Below are positions 38,108 to 52,205 of a stretch of DNA of 64,000 bases, in pieces. The stretch's first letter is position 1. Every line of letters starts with the position of its first letter. This DNA is from Octopus vulgaris (Eukaryota): positions 24,862,001 to 24,926,000 of the forward strand of contig OX597831.1 of the NCBI GenBank assembly GCA_951406725.2, given 5' to 3'. Under the pieces are notes generated by a model, which searched no databases, was not told the DNA's origin, and saw only the letters and a list, made by a program, of their open reading frames with translations. A program made the position numbers and the translations under genes.

Positions 38108-38312
38108 CACATACACACACACATACACATATATATATATATATACACATACATACATACATATATATAGATACATATATACATATATATATATATATAC
38201 ATACATATACATATATATACATATATATACACATATACATATATATACATATATATATGCACATATACATATATATATATATATACACACACATACATAT
38301 ATATACACACAC

Positions 38313-38357
<45 letters not shown>

Positions 38358-38403
38358 CACATGTATGTGTGTGTTTAGATATAGATATATTCATGTGTGT
38401 GTG

Positions 38404-38443
<40 letters not shown>

Positions 38444-38776
38444 CATACATACATGAATATAGAGTCTTCACACAGGAAACTTTATGAACAGGTAAGAAGG
38501 CATGAATATGCAGAAATACAGAAATACACCCACGTGTACAGCCATACCCAACAAACACTCTCCAAGATGTACTAACGACAATATAATGACCATCTACTTA
38601 AAGTACACTGGTGATGATGATGATAATGAGAGTGATGATACTTACTGAACCATCATCTGTGGTGAATTGTCCGTGAACCATTAATCTGTCAGTTTCACAC
38701 ATTGAAATATTATCTGTCCACTTCTGAAAGTTTCTTTTACTTTGGTTTTATTCCTGTGTTATTGATATTGTTTCTA

Positions 38777-39072
38777 TCATCATCAGCATCATCATCATCA
38801 TCGTTTAACGTCCGTTCTCCATGCTAGCATGGGTTGGACAGTTCGACCGGGGATCTGGGAAGCCAGAAGGCTGCACCAGGCTCCAGTCTGATCTGGCAGA
38901 GTTTCTACAGCTGGATGCCCTTCCTAACGCCAACCACTCCGTGAGTGTAGTGGGTGCTTTTTACGTGCCACCTGCACAGGTGCCAGGAGAGGCTGGCAAC
39001 GGCCACGGTCGGATTGGTGTATTTTACGTGCCACCGGCACGGAAGCCAGTCAAGGCGGCGCTGGCATCGGCA
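38777..39072 (-). mobile_element. Family C element
   Basis: (CAT)n tail plus body. Confidence 0.85.
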
Positions 39073-39130
39073 ACATTGTTAATATATGGTAATGGGTTGG
39101 AGTAGTCGGTGGTGTGCCAGATGTAATACA

Positions 39131-39688
39131 TGGAGGTGCGTGACTTAGTGGTTAGGGTGTTAGCATCATGATCGTAAGATTGTGGTTTCGATTCCTGGAC
39201 CGGGCGACTCATTGTGTTCTTGAGCAAAACACTTCATTTCATGTTGCTCCAGTCCACTCAGCTGGCAAAAATGAGTAACACTGCGATGAACTGGTGTCCT
39301 GTCCAGCTGGGGAACACATACGCCATAGAAACCGGGAAGCCGGGCCCATGAGCCTGACTAAGCTTTAAAAGGGCGCATTTATTTGTGGAGGCACATGGCC
39401 TAGTGGTTAGAGCAGTGGAGTCACGGTCAAGGGATTGCGGGTTCGAATCTCAGACCAGCCGATGTGTGTGTTTAAGAGCGAAACACCTAAGCTCCACGTT
39501 GTTCTGGCAGAAGGTAATGGCAAACTTCTGCTAACTCTTTCACAACAACTTTCTCTCACTCTTTCTTCCTGCATCTTGCTGCTCACCTGCGATGGACTGG
39601 CGTCCCATCCAGGTGGGGAACCTACATGCCAAGGAAACCGGGAAACCGGCCCTCATGAGCCAGGCATGGCTCGAGAAGGAACAAACAA
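39131..39688 (+). mobile_element. Dimeric SINE (family E + family D)
   Basis: Two tRNA-like heads (39132 and 39385); 12-bp TSD CAGATGTAATAC at 39118-39129 and 39689-39700. Confidence 0.88.
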
Positions 39689-39924
39689 CAGATGTAATAC
39701 CTAACAATAAATAGTTTTGGCTGTGTATGTTCAGAGTTCAAATCTCACAGGAGGTCATCATTGCCATCTATACTTCTGGGATTAATAAAGTGTCTTTCAA
39801 GAACTGGGGGGAGGGGTCAATTAAATCTGTTCTTTTCTCAGGTGGAGAAAGGGTCCCACCCCTGACTGTTAGGACTGAGAAGTGGGTGGATGAATTTTTA
39901 TCTCTTTCTGTCATCCTTTACTTC

Positions 39925-40650
39925 TTTCTGTCATTAGACTGTGGCCATGCTGGGGCACCACCTTGAATGAATCAACCCTAGTTGAATGAATCAACCCTAG
40001 TAATTATTTTTTTTCTTTTTAACCTGTTACTTATTCTATCAGTCTCTTTTGCTGAGCTGCTAAGTTACAAAGACTTAAACATACCAACACCAGATGTCAA
40101 ATGGTGATGTCTCACACACACACACACACACACACATATGTAATTATAAGGTTCAAGGATCTAAGTGTAGGAAGTTTGTAAGCTTTGAGCAGTCTTTTTC
40201 AAATTATAGGTTTAGTGAGTTATCTTGGGATTCCTTAATGACAATGTAACCTTCATATAATTAAGGTATCTTTAGTCTGATGAATAGATATCCAAGTATC
40301 CCTCACTGAAAAATTATTACACCAGAGGATCTGCTAACTAGGAAACATATGTAGCCTGAATTTTACCTGCTCCACTCCTTCATTTTGAGCGTTCAAGGCC
40401 TTTGAGCCTTGAAGTCTTGTACCTTCATCAGAAGTCTTGTACCATGTTTTGCTTTTTTGAGACTCAAGACTTTTCATACACCCCTTGTATATTTATACAA
40501 CGGGTTTCTTTCAGTTTCCATCTACCAAATTTACTCATATGGCTTTGGTTGACCCAATGCTATAGTAGAAGACACTTTCCCAAGGTGTCATGCAGTGGGA
40601 CTGAACCCAGAACAATGTGGTTGGGAAACAAACTTCTTACCACACAGCCA
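39925..40650 (-). mobile_element. SINE family A interrupted by a hammerhead-bearing insert
   Basis: Tail about 39925-40110, head about 40495-40650; unrelated insert at about 40140-40490 in the microsatellite. Confidence 0.78.
40271..40360 (+). ncRNA. Type I hammerhead ribozyme motif
   Basis: TTTAGT-CTGATGA-ATAGATATCC...GGATCTGCTA..-GAAA-CATATG-TA^GCCTGAA; palindromic helix III ACATATGT; helices I and II imperfect. Confidence 0.68.
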
Positions 40651-41250
40651 TGTTTGAAAAAATTAATTCGCTTTGAAGCTTTTTAAATGTGTCCAAAACA
40701 ATGGTGAGGAAAGAATTATATGGAAGCAAACTTTGTATCAACTACTTGTTCTTAGAGAGGAATGGTGTGTTTAAGAGTTTATTAAGTTTCTTTTCTATTT
40801 TCTTGGCACAGAACACAAGTATTTTTCAGTTGAAGAAGCACCGGTTAGATATTTAATTGACTGTACTTCTCTACCCAAAGTTTTTGGTCATGATTTTGTG
40901 CCTATGTTAGAAACATTTACCATTATTATTAGGCACAAGAGCAGAAGCTTGCTTTCTGTGTGGGAAGAAGCTGACTTCTCAACCACATGGTTCCCAGTTC
41001 AGTCCCATTGTGTGGCACTTTGAGTAAGTGTCTTCTGCTATGGCTTCAGGCCAACCAAAGCCTTGTGAGTGGATTTGGTATGGGGGGAAACTGAAAGAAG
41101 CCTGTTGTATATACATATATATGAATATGTATAATTTCAGTAAAAACAATTAAGATTCAAGTGAGTTCCAATGAATTCACATGAATGCAGTACTTAACTT
41201 AGATGCACCAGAAATCTATATGGTATTAACCATAAAATAATGTGGGGTGA

Positions 41251-41599
41251 TTATAAACAAGAAAAAAGCAACAAGAATGGATTAGTTGTTCAGTAAAATT
41301 GTTTCATACGAAGAACAGCTTTATTAAAAGCTGCAAATATTGCAGCAAATACAAGCAAATACAGACTTCAAAAGTTCTGCTTACAATCTAACTTTGCTTT
41401 TCATAGAACTCTCTTCGATACTTCATGAGTGTAGCCTCACCCCCCTAGGATGTTTGGAAAACTCATATGTGTTTTGGCTGATGAATACGGGACACTTGTA
41501 TTTGTTGCAATATTTGCAGCTTTTAATAAAGCTGTTCTTCATATGAAACAATTGTACTGAACAACTAATCCATTCTTGTTGCTTTTTTCTTGTTTATAA
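41251..41599. mobile_element. Fold-back element containing a hammerhead, downstream of a SINE A microsatellite
   Basis: ~105-bp inverted arms 41251-41355 / 41495-41599; (TA)n on the right, SINE A 5' half (about 40960-41110) on the left. Confidence 0.75.
41471..41562 (+). ncRNA. Type I hammerhead ribozyme motif with long branched helix II
   Basis: GTTTTGG-CTGATGA-ATACG...C(G/A)TAT-GAAA-CAATTG-TA^CTGAAC; palindromic helix III ACAATTGT. Confidence 0.78.
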
Positions 41600-42933
41600 A
41601 TATATATATATATATGAAATAATTAAGATTCAGTTGAATTAGGTACATGAGTTGAGGCACCAAGTCAGTTTGGTATTATCTGCACAGCTCGAAGTGAGGC
41701 GAATAAAATCAAAATAAGTAACAGGAGGTCAAGTATTAGTGGAATACGACCATTTCAAGTGGCTCCATTTAATTGAACAATGCAAGCATGGAATAAGGAC
41801 ACTGAAATTTTGTGGGAAGGAGAAAGTTGAGTACATTGACCTCAGTATGAAACTGGTACTTATTTTATTGATTATGAATGAATGGAAGGCAAAGTTGAAC
41901 CTCAGTGCCATTTGGACCCAGAATGCAAAAATGGTTGAAATGCCATTAACTGTTTCCTCCAGTACACTAAGGATTCTATCAGATCACCACCTTATCAGAT
42001 CATTCTATCAGATCATTCCCCTGTTCGAAAGCATAAGGACACAGACCGTGTAATATAGCCAGCCGGAGACAATGTCTCTTGGGGCTGAATTTCAGCAACA
42101 TTTGCCATAAAGCAGGACTGCTATGTTACGTTAGCAAGCGATCTTTGCTCGAACTGTTCCAATGTTTTACATTCTGAATTCCAATTCTACCAATGAAATA
42201 CCAGTCAAGTACTGGGGTCAGTGGTATCAACTCATTCCCCCTCCCCTCAAAATAGCTGTCCTTGTGCCTTAATCAAAATCACTTGTACAGGACCATTGTA
42301 TATTTCATCCATATTATTTGTATTCTGTGTTTGTATGTAGGGAGGGCTGTTACCCAATTTTTTTAAAATGTAAGTTATTCTAATTAACTATTGGATTAAT
42401 TTAATTTTAATTGTATTGTTGTGTCTTTATCACCTCTATGGCAAATAAAAGGTTATCATTATTGTCTTTGTTGCTGTTGCTCTTTTATTTATCCTGTTTT
42501 ATTTTGGCAATTGTTGACATGATGTAGTTCTGAGTCATTGTGTAATTCAGAAAGATGCTGCAGAGACAAAATAGTTTACTTTCTGATATATTGTTACAAT
42601 GTAAAATACCCATGAATATATCATACAATAAGTCATAGGTGCAGATGTGACTATGTGGTAAAAATTTGGCTTCTCACCCACATGGTTCCGGACTCAGTCC
42701 CCACTGTGTTGCCTTAGGTTGACAAAAAGCCTTGTGAGTGGGATTGGTAGATGGAAAGTGAAAAGTCTCACTGTATGTGTTTATATAAGCCTTATGAAGG
42801 AGGTGTCTGAGGAGAGAGATACGTGGCGCATTGATGGACTTGAGAAAACCCACCTGCCACAACAGAATTGATATCCTCAAAACAAGGTGCCATGTAAAAA
42901 TCAATGGTGTGGGTGCTGATATCACACACACAC

Positions 42934-42979
<46 letters not shown>

Positions 42980-43201
42980 TTACATATATACGACAGGCTT
43001 CTTTCAGTTTCCGTCTACCAAATCCACTCACATGGCTTTGCTCGGCCCGAGGTTATAGTAGAAGACACTTGCCCAAGGTACCACACAGTGGGACTGAACC
43101 CGGAACCATGTGGTTCGTAAGCAAGCTACTTACCACACAGTCAATCCTACACCTGCGATTTCAAAACTTCACAAATTCAAAACTTTACTAACCTGCTGCT
43201 G

Positions 43202-43287
<86 letters not shown>

Positions 43288-43687
43288 GTGTTACGACCTT
43301 GGGACAAGTGCGCATTGTCTTAAATTTTGGTTTCCTTATTCAGAAATTGCAAAACTGAACATATTAAATATTTTTAATCATTTGCTTGTAAGGTTTTTAT
43401 CCAAACTTATAATTTCTTTTTCTATTTTTTTTTTTTAACCCCAGTACATGTTAAGTCATCTAATTTTTTCTTTGAAAATATTCATTTTTTCTCCATCAAT
43501 TTTTACCTTTTTTATTTCTATATTCTTGAATTCCATCACATCTAGAAAAAAAATTTCTTTTTTAAAAATATATCTATTTTACTTCCGTTTTTTTTTTTTT
43601 TTCTGTCTTAATTATCTTTGCACGCTCATATGATTTCAAAATCTAGCTTGTTGTTGTTGAGTCTGAGCTTTCCAGAATATTACGGTA

Positions 43688-43718
<31 letters not shown>

Positions 43719-44732
43719 AGAGGTTTACATTGAAAAAAAAACAGAAGTGTTGCAGAGCATTGCTTTATAACAACTACTTCATTTCCAGGGAAATTATCAC
43801 TAGGTGACAACATACGTTGCATTCAATGACATCCAAGACGTGGTTCTAGTTTTAAATCCTGAAATTTCCAAGAATCTTAAATGTTTCCACGATATACAAC
43901 TTACATTGCACAGAATAGGAACTTGCTTGCGCATCTCAGAACAATAAAGCTACCGTCATTGCTGTTGCTATTACTACTACAACTACTGCTACTATAACTA
44001 CTAATACTAGTACTACTACTACTATTACTATGGAAGTCTATGGAATATCTCTGTAGGTGAAAACATACAAGTTTAACAAGTCCCTGCCACCCACACATTT
44101 CTGTACACGCGCACATTGAAATCTCTGCATCACCTTGCATTTTGATAGAGATTCAAACAAAATATCTTGGCTTTCTCGCTGGAAACCTAGATGCTACATA
44201 AAAGAACATATTTAATTTTGTTTTTCTTTGAAAACACTATCATCCACAGTATCACTTCTCATTGTCATTATCATCGTTACCGTCATCACCATCAGCAGCA
44301 GCAGCACCATCGTCATCATCATCACCACGATTATCTTTACCACTATCACCAGAATCCTCACTTTCATCATTATCATCATCATCTTTGCTGTCGCCATCAT
44401 CGTTATCATCTTTATCATTTTTCTCTTCATTATCATCGTTACCTTAACTACTTCTCTTCCCCACCACCACTGCTGTCACTACTGCCACCGACATCACAAC
44501 CATGGCCACCATTGCCGTCACTTGAGTAATTCTTCTTCACATAACGTTGTCTGTTGTCCAGAAGTTCACCAGTTCAAGCTTTACAACAACCACTCAGGTG
44601 TTGAATACAGCCTTACCACAATATCATGTAAACAATATCAAATCTGCTATAACCATATGTCAAGTACAACACTTCTTCAAATCACTGCCAACACCATCAC
44701 CACCACTACTATTGCTGCTGCTGCTGCTGCTG

Positions 44733-44793
<61 letters not shown>

Positions 44794-44821
44794 ACCTTCA
44801 TCATGGGTAATAAAAAAATAA

Positions 44822-45074
44822 TAAATGCGCCCTTTTAAAGCCTTGCCAGGCTCATGGGCCTTGTTTCCTAGTTTCTATGGCATATGTGTTCCCCCCAGCT
44901 GAACGGGATGCCAGTTCATCACAGCGTTACTCATTTTTGCCAGCTGAGTGGACTGGAGCAACGTGAAATGAAGTGTTTTGCTCAAGAACACAACGCGTCG
45001 CCCGGTCCAGGAATCGAAACCACAATCTTACGATCATAATGCTGACACCCTAACCACTAAGCCACGCACCTCCA
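44822..45074 (-). mobile_element. SINE family E monomer
   Basis: Reverse complement head GGAGGTGCGTGGCTTAGTGG with B-box GGTTTCGATTCC; matches 39132-39383. Confidence 0.88.
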
Positions 45075-45355
45075 CTCATCATGGGTAATGCCATATCCAA
45101 AGCCACTATGTTTACCATTCTGCCTACAGCACTTCCACAAAGCACTAATATCAATTCCAGCATCACCAATTCCACCACCACCACCACCACCACCACCATC
45201 AACACCATCACCTTTGTGATCATCATCATCAATCTTATTAAGTTCATGTCAACGATCCAACTCAAGCTATGACAGTATCCTTCCTTTTCACCACAAGCTT
45301 TGCTTCTGGTGAATTTACCATTAATGGAGAGAGAATCACATCTAGGTTAAATTAA

Positions 45356-45816
45356 CCCTTTTGTTACTAACCCGGCTGAAACCAGCTCTGGCTCTGAGTA
45401 CAAATGTTTTGTTTTCATGAGTTTTTAATTAAAATCTTCCACCAAACCTTAGTCACAATTTATGTTCCTAACACTAACTTAATGATAACTAAGTTATTTT
45501 ACTAAATTCTTTGCTATATTTAAAATCAATTGAAATAAACACAGAGCATCTCAACAGAAATATGATAACAAAAGGGTTAACAAATGATTAATTTAACCCT
45601 TTCAATACCAACCCGGCTGAAACTGGCTCTGGCTCAGGGTACAAATGTCTTGTTTTCATAAGTTTGGAATTAAAATCTTCCACCGAACCTTAGTCACAAT
45701 TTATGTTCCTAACACTAACTTAATGATAACTAAGTTATTTTAGTAAATTCTTTGTTATATTTAAAGTAATTGAAAGAAACACAGAGCATCTCAAAATAAA
45801 TACAGTAACGAAAGGG
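45356..45816. mobile_element. Two adjacent piggyBac-type MITEs (45356-45576 and 45597-45816)
   Basis: Each is TTAA|CCCTTT...AAAGGG|TTAA; same family as 22652-22875. Confidence 0.9.
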
Positions 45817-46478
45817 TTAAAGAACATGCAAATTTGATTTTTAACTTTTTTCTTCTTCCATATAATAAAGTTCTTAAAGTTTTTAGTTGTTGGTAGTCAT
45901 GTATGGTACCAATTCACTCTCCCTTGGAATCTTCAGCACAGCATCACTTGAGACTTAGACTAACCAGGCTAAATTCAACCTTCTATGAAATTACAGAGAA
46001 GAGAGAAAATAGTTCACCATCTGATATATCATCATCATCATCATCATCATCGTTTAACATCCATCTTCCATGCATGGGTAAGATGGCTGACAGGAGCCAG
46101 CCAGGTAGACGATTACCTTAGGCTACTGTGTCTGTTTTGGCATGGTTTTTACAGATGGATGCCCTTGCCAATTACCAACCACTCCACAGAGTGAACTCTG
46201 TGCTTTTTACATGGCACCAGCACAGGTGAGGTTAGTTTTGGTAGGATTTTTACAGCTGGATGCCCTTCTAAATACCAACCACTTTACAGTAGGGACTGGA
46301 TACTTTTTGTGGGGCATCAGCACTGGAAGGGTCACCAAGTAACTTGTAAGACAAAGAATCTGTGAGAGGGGCAGGAGCATTTGAGGAGGGAAACTTGTGT
46401 CAGAGGATAAAAATTTAGAGTGTGACAGAGAGGCAGAAACAGGTGTCCATCTAAAATATATACCTACATATATATATA

Positions 46479-46860
46479 GGCACAGGAGTGGCTGTGTGGT
46501 AAGAAGCTTGCTTCCCAACCACATGGCTCCAGCTTCAGTCCCACTGCATGGCACCATGGGCAAGTGTCTTCCACTATAGCCTTGGGCCAATCAAAGCCTT
46601 GTGACTGGATTTGGTAGATGGAAACTGAAATAAGCCATCGTATATATTTATATGTGTATGTTTGTGTTTCTCCCCACACTATCACTTGACAACTGATGTT
46701 GGTGTGTTTACGTACCCCGTAATTTTGTAGTTTGGCAAAAGAAACCAACAAAATAAGTACTAGGCTTAAAACGAATAAGTTCCAGGGTCAATTTGTTTGA
46801 CCGAAGGCAGTGCAATAGCAAATGACTGAAACAAATAACAGATTAAAAGAAAGTAAAAGA
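46479..46860 (+). mobile_element. SINE family A
   Basis: Head, body and tail recognisable. Confidence 0.85.
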
Positions 46861-47936
46861 AAATATATATATACATATGTATGTATACACACACACATAC
46901 ATATATATATATATATGAGAAAAATTTCTTACATGTTGGTAAAGTATTCCCTAGCATTGGTTAGTCATTTGTACCTCTCCCTGAAATTCCTTCTAAGACT
47001 GGACAACTAATTCAGCCCCAGCAATTGCTGGTACTTCTACAGATTTCAGCTGTGTGGATTTGGAGTTATATGAAATAAACACATTGCTCAAGGATACAGT
47101 ATAGCACCCAGAATCTTAACCACTAAGCCATGTGCCTTCACAAACCCTTACCAGCACCACTTCTATCACCCCCCTTGACCATATCACTGCTACAACAACA
47201 ACCCTTACTTTTACAGTTATAATCACTACCATCATGCCAACCACTGCTCCTGCTACTCCTCTTCACAGCTGACACATCGTCTGTCATCACGTATAAGCTA
47301 TGATTGATTTGAATTAGGTTAGAATACAGTGTCATTAATTTTGCTCATTAAGAATGTACTTTAAAGCACCCACATCTCACACCAACCAACCATGAAGCCA
47401 CAGCTTTATGGTGCCAGTAAGAAATCCACATGTAGGATTATTCTGCTTCGTTGGTCAGCTGATTTGAAATTAGCATTGTATGATACAAACTTGATACAGT
47501 GTGACTAAATAAACGATGGCCTGTTGATAGCTAGAACTTTGACCGTAGGTTTGTTGGATTAGTATTGGCACTCCGTTGGTTATGACGATGAGGGTTCCAG
47601 TTGATCTGATCATTGGAACAACTTGCTCGTGAAATTAGCATGCAAGTGGCTGAGCACTCCACAGACACACGTGCCCCTAATGTACTTCACTGGGAACTTC
47701 AGCAAGACACAGAATGTGACAAGGCTGGCCCTTTTGAAATACAGGTACTACTCATTTTTACCAGCTGAGTGAACTGGAGCAATAGGAAATAAAATGTCTT
47801 GCTCAAGGACACAACACGTCCCTGGGAATTGAACTCACAACCTTATGATCGTGAACTGAATGCCCTAACGACTAAGCCATGTGCCTTCATGTTATTAGTA
47901 CTCACATAGATAATAATAGTAGTTACTTCTGAATGA

Positions 47937-48496
47937 GTGGAGGTGCGTGGTTTAGTGGTTAGGGTGTTGAACTCATGGTCCTAAGGTTGTGGTTTCAATT
48001 CCTGGATTGGGCAATTCGTTATGTTCTTGAGCAAAACACTTCACTTTCACGTTGCTCCAGTCCACTCAGCTAGCAAAAATGAGCAATCCTGCAATGAACC
48101 AGCGTCCTGTCTGGGTGGAGAATTTCTACGCCACTAAAACTGGGAAACTGGCCCTTATGAGCCTGGCATGGCTCGAGAAGAAACATTTTGTTGGGGACAT
48201 GACCTAGAGGTTAGAGCAGCGGTGTCACGGTTGAGGGATCGTGGATTTGAATCTCAGACCGGGCGATGTGTGTTTATGAGCGAAACACCTAAGCTCCACG
48301 CTGCTCTAGCAGAAGGTAATGGCAAACTTCTGCTGACTCTTTTGCCATAACTTTCTCTCACATTTTCTTCCTGCATCTTGCAGCTCACCTGCGACAGGCA
48401 GGTGTCCCGTCCAGGCCGGGTGGGGAACCTATACACCAAGAAACCGGGAAACTGGCCCTTATGAGCCAGGCATGACTCGAGAAGGAACAAACAACA
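47937..48496 (+). mobile_element. Dimeric SINE (family E + family D), second copy
   Basis: Same E-then-D order; TSD ACTT(C/T)TGAATGA at 47925-47936 and 48497-48508. Confidence 0.86.
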
Positions 48497-48755
48497 ACTT
48501 TTGAATGATTGTAATTTTTAATGTTGCAAATTAAAACCAGTCAAGGCCAATCAACATAGTCACATTGATATTTTCGCCACCACACAAACACCAAGCTTGT
48601 TCACCAGTTACTTTGTCAGAGCATGTCACTTCTACCATTTTAGACCACAGTTAGATCTCATAAGTTATACTGTTAGGTAAGGATGTGTAGTTAAGAAATT
48701 CGCTTCCTGACCATAAAAGCATAGAAAGTGAATTTGATGGACAGAAACCCTTAAA

Positions 48756-48990
48756 GGCGGCGAGCTGGCAGAAACGTTAGCGCGCCAGCCGAAATGCTTA
48801 GCGGTATTTCGTCTGCCGTTACATTGTGAGTTCAAATTCCACTGAGGTCGACTTTGTCTTTCATCCTGTCGGGGTCGATAAATTAAGTACAAGTTATGCA
48901 CTGGGGTCGATGTAATCGACTTAATCCCTTTGTCTGTCATTGTTTGTCCCCTCTATGTTTAGCCCCTTGTGGGTAATAAAGAAATAAGAA
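48756..48990 (+). mobile_element. SINE family B monomer, near consensus
   Basis: GGCGGCGAGCTGGCAGAAACGTTAG head, GAGTTCAAATTCC B-box, AATAAAGAAATAAG tail. Confidence 0.9.
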
Positions 48991-49333
48991 ACTTTTAAAG
49001 CCCATCATGTACAGTTGTGAGCATTCAATAAGGTTTGAATATCAATTAAGGCTGTCTCAAGCTTTAGAGAATTGTTAAATTTGCCCAGCTTATATCTGCT
49101 GCGTTGGTTATATATAATGAAGGCAGGGTAAACTCCAAGCTGAATCCAATTGAAGCACATGTTTATCCAACATGTACAACCTTGTGATTCTTATTTGCAA
49201 ATGAAACATCTGCAGCTGTGAATAAATAATGCCACAGAATTTTCATACTTCCTGTTTTGTTATAGGTTATGTGCGTGCATGTGTGTGTGTGTGTGTGTGT
49301 GTGTTACTATGTAAACTGATACAAGCAGTGTTA

Positions 49334-49760
49334 GGCGTAGGAGTGGCTGTGTGGTAAGTAGCTTACTAACAAACCACATGGTTCCAGGTTCAGCCCCACT
49401 GTGTGGCATCTTGGGCAAGTGTCTTCTACTATAGCCTCAGGCCAACCAAAGCCTTGTGAGTGGATTTGGTAGTCGGAAACTGAAAGAAGACCATCGTATA
49501 TATGTGTGTGTGTGTGTGTGTGTTTGTGTGTGTGTGTATGTTTGTGTGTCTGTGTTTGTCCCCCCAACATCGCTTGACAACCGATGCTGGTGTGTTTACG
49601 TCCCTGTAACTTAGTGGTTCGGCAAAAGAGACCGACAAAATAAGTACTAGGCTTAAAAAGAATAAGTCCTGGGGTCGATTTGGTTGACTGAAGGCAGTGC
49701 TCCAGCATAGCCACAGTCAAATGACTGAAACAAATAAAAAGAGTAAAAGAGAGTAAAGAG
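49334..49760 (+). mobile_element. SINE family A, full length
   Basis: Head GGCGTAGGAGTGGCTGTGTGG through TAAAAGAG tail. Confidence 0.92.
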
Positions 49761-51583
49761 CAAATCATTTTCTTGCTTCGTACTTTCAAAGACATGTGAA
49801 ATAAAAGACCCCTTGCTTGAAAAGCAGTCGAAGGTTAGTGACAGGGTGAGCATCTGGCTGTAAAATGATACTTCAGTAACAAATTATTCATATGTAAACA
49901 CACATGCCCATACACACATTGTCCCATTGACAGGATTTGAACTCAAAAATGGCATTTTGTCTAACACTCTCCTGAACAGAAAATTGGCCTCAAATTTTGG
50001 AACAAGTCCAGCAGCTTTGGTGGAGGGACTAAGTTGATTACATCAACCCCAGTGTTCAGCTGGTACTTATTTTATTGACCCCAGAAAGATAAAAGGCAAA
50101 AGCAACCCTGGCAGAATTTGAACTCATAACATAAAGACAAACAAATTGCCTCTGAGCATTTTGCCTGGTTTGCAAACAATTCTGCCAAGTTACTGCCTTT
50201 CTAGTGAACACAGTACTAACATGCTATATTAATATTATTCAAAGTATCATATTGTAATGTTTCTCCTCATTTCATTATCATTTATGCAGCTATTAAATAT
50301 AAATTTATACAAAATAAAAACATCAAGTGTGCAATTAAGTCATCATTATTGTCTAATTGACTGCATCAAGCTTAATGAACAGAGATCACTGTTTATAAAC
50401 TAGAATGTTGCTCTGAATATAAATAAACAAAAGATAAATGCTATATTTTTACTCTTACAATTCTTTATGAATGTGATTATCATCATCATTATTATTTATT
50501 ATTATTATTATTAGTAATATTATTGATATTATTATTATATATTTTATTATTATTAGCAGTAATATTTTTGATATTATTATTATCGTTATTATTGTTATTA
50601 TTATTATAATTATTATTATAGAACAAAGCTTATTATCCAACCAACAAATGTCAGACAAATTTCATTTGTTTTATTTTTTTTTTTGTTTTGAAATTGTTGG
50701 CAATGTCAAAAAGACACCATTTGATTATTATCTCTTAGAAAAATTTCCAATGCAAAACAATGAATATGTTTCCTTTACAAAGCCTATTTAACCTTTTAAT
50801 ATGCTACCAGCAACACCGGGCTTTCTATAATGTCTTATGTTATTCTCTGATTTGTTATTATGCCTATTATATTATTCATAGTCTCTCTCTATATTATTGT
50901 TGTTGTTCATTCATAAGTGATTTGTGATTTTTGCCCTTTTCCCTGTTCTCTCATGTAACTTCAAATGTTTAAGCAATCAAATAATTTAGGTATTCATTCG
51001 TAATGCACCACAGATCTAGAAACAATATAGTATTGTTACCATGGGTGATTGTTAGCTATATGATATATTGTAATATAACACAACATGGGATATGATGTAA
51101 TAAGATAGCAAAGTAAAGGTTAATATTTCATCAATTTTTAATTATTTTTCTTTGAAATATTTATCGAAAGATCGGAATATTGTTTTACGAAATATGATTA
51201 TTATAGATTCAGTTGTTGATCATATTTGTTTTATCTGATGATAATTATAATAATTATTATTATTATTATTGTTATGTATTTTTTTAAATGTTTTTCTTTC
51301 AAAATGTCATAGAATTGAAATTGTTTCTTTAATTATGTAATTAAACTATGAAATATTGTAAGCAATCAGTCTTTCTGTTTTTAACAAAGTTCTTGAATTA
51401 TAGTCTCAAGATGATAATTTTTGAGAACTATCAACCACATCTTCAGTATATAGACTGAGCATATTTACATCTCTGCTATATTGCAATTGGCTTGACGTCT
51501 TATTGTAGGGACTAATATCTATATCTATGCTATATTTCAGTTAGCTTGGTGCTTTATCATAAGGACTATTTATAATATCTCTA

Positions 51584-52170
51584 TCATCATCATCATCATC
51601 ATCATCATCATCGTTTAACATCCACTTTCCATGCTAGCATGGACTGGACGATTTGACTGAGGACTGGTGAACCAGATGGCTACGCCAGGCTCCAATCTGA
51701 TCAGGCAGAGCTTCTACAGCTGGATGCCTTTCATAATGCCAACCACTACGAGAGTGTAGTGGGTGCTTTTAAAGTGCCACCAGCACGAAGGCCAGTCTGG
51801 CGGTACTGGCAATGGCCACGCTTGAAAATGTACTTCAACACCTTTCATCACCTTCTCTTGAATCGTTGCACACACTTTCTACTGTTCTTCTTCAGTTAGG
51901 GTGAAGGGGCCAGTGTCAAACTGTCTCATCATCCAATTCATTCCAACTAATATAAAATGACGATTACGACTCTTTTACTTGTTTCAGTCATGTGACTGTG
52001 GTCATGCTGGAGCACTGCATTTAGTCAAGCAAATCGACCCCAAGACTTATTCGTTGTAAACTTAGTACTTATTCTATCAGTCTCTTTTGCTGAACCGCTA
52101 AGTTACAGCGAGATAAACACACCACCATCGGTTGTTAATCGATGTTGGGGGTACAAACAGACACACAAAC

Positions 52171-52205
<35 letters not shown>

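Noticed and set aside
39132-39460. tRNA-like A/B boxes
   Set aside because: SINE heads followed by SINE bodies and TSDs; no complete cloverleaf, so not called as tRNA genes.
42050-42129. Small multi-stem structure (GTAATATAGC/GCTATGTTAC enclosing CAGCC-GGAGAC/GTCTCT-GGCTG)
   Set aside because: Stems are short, there are no snoRNA or tRNA boxes, and it lies among decayed SINE fragments; could arise by chance.
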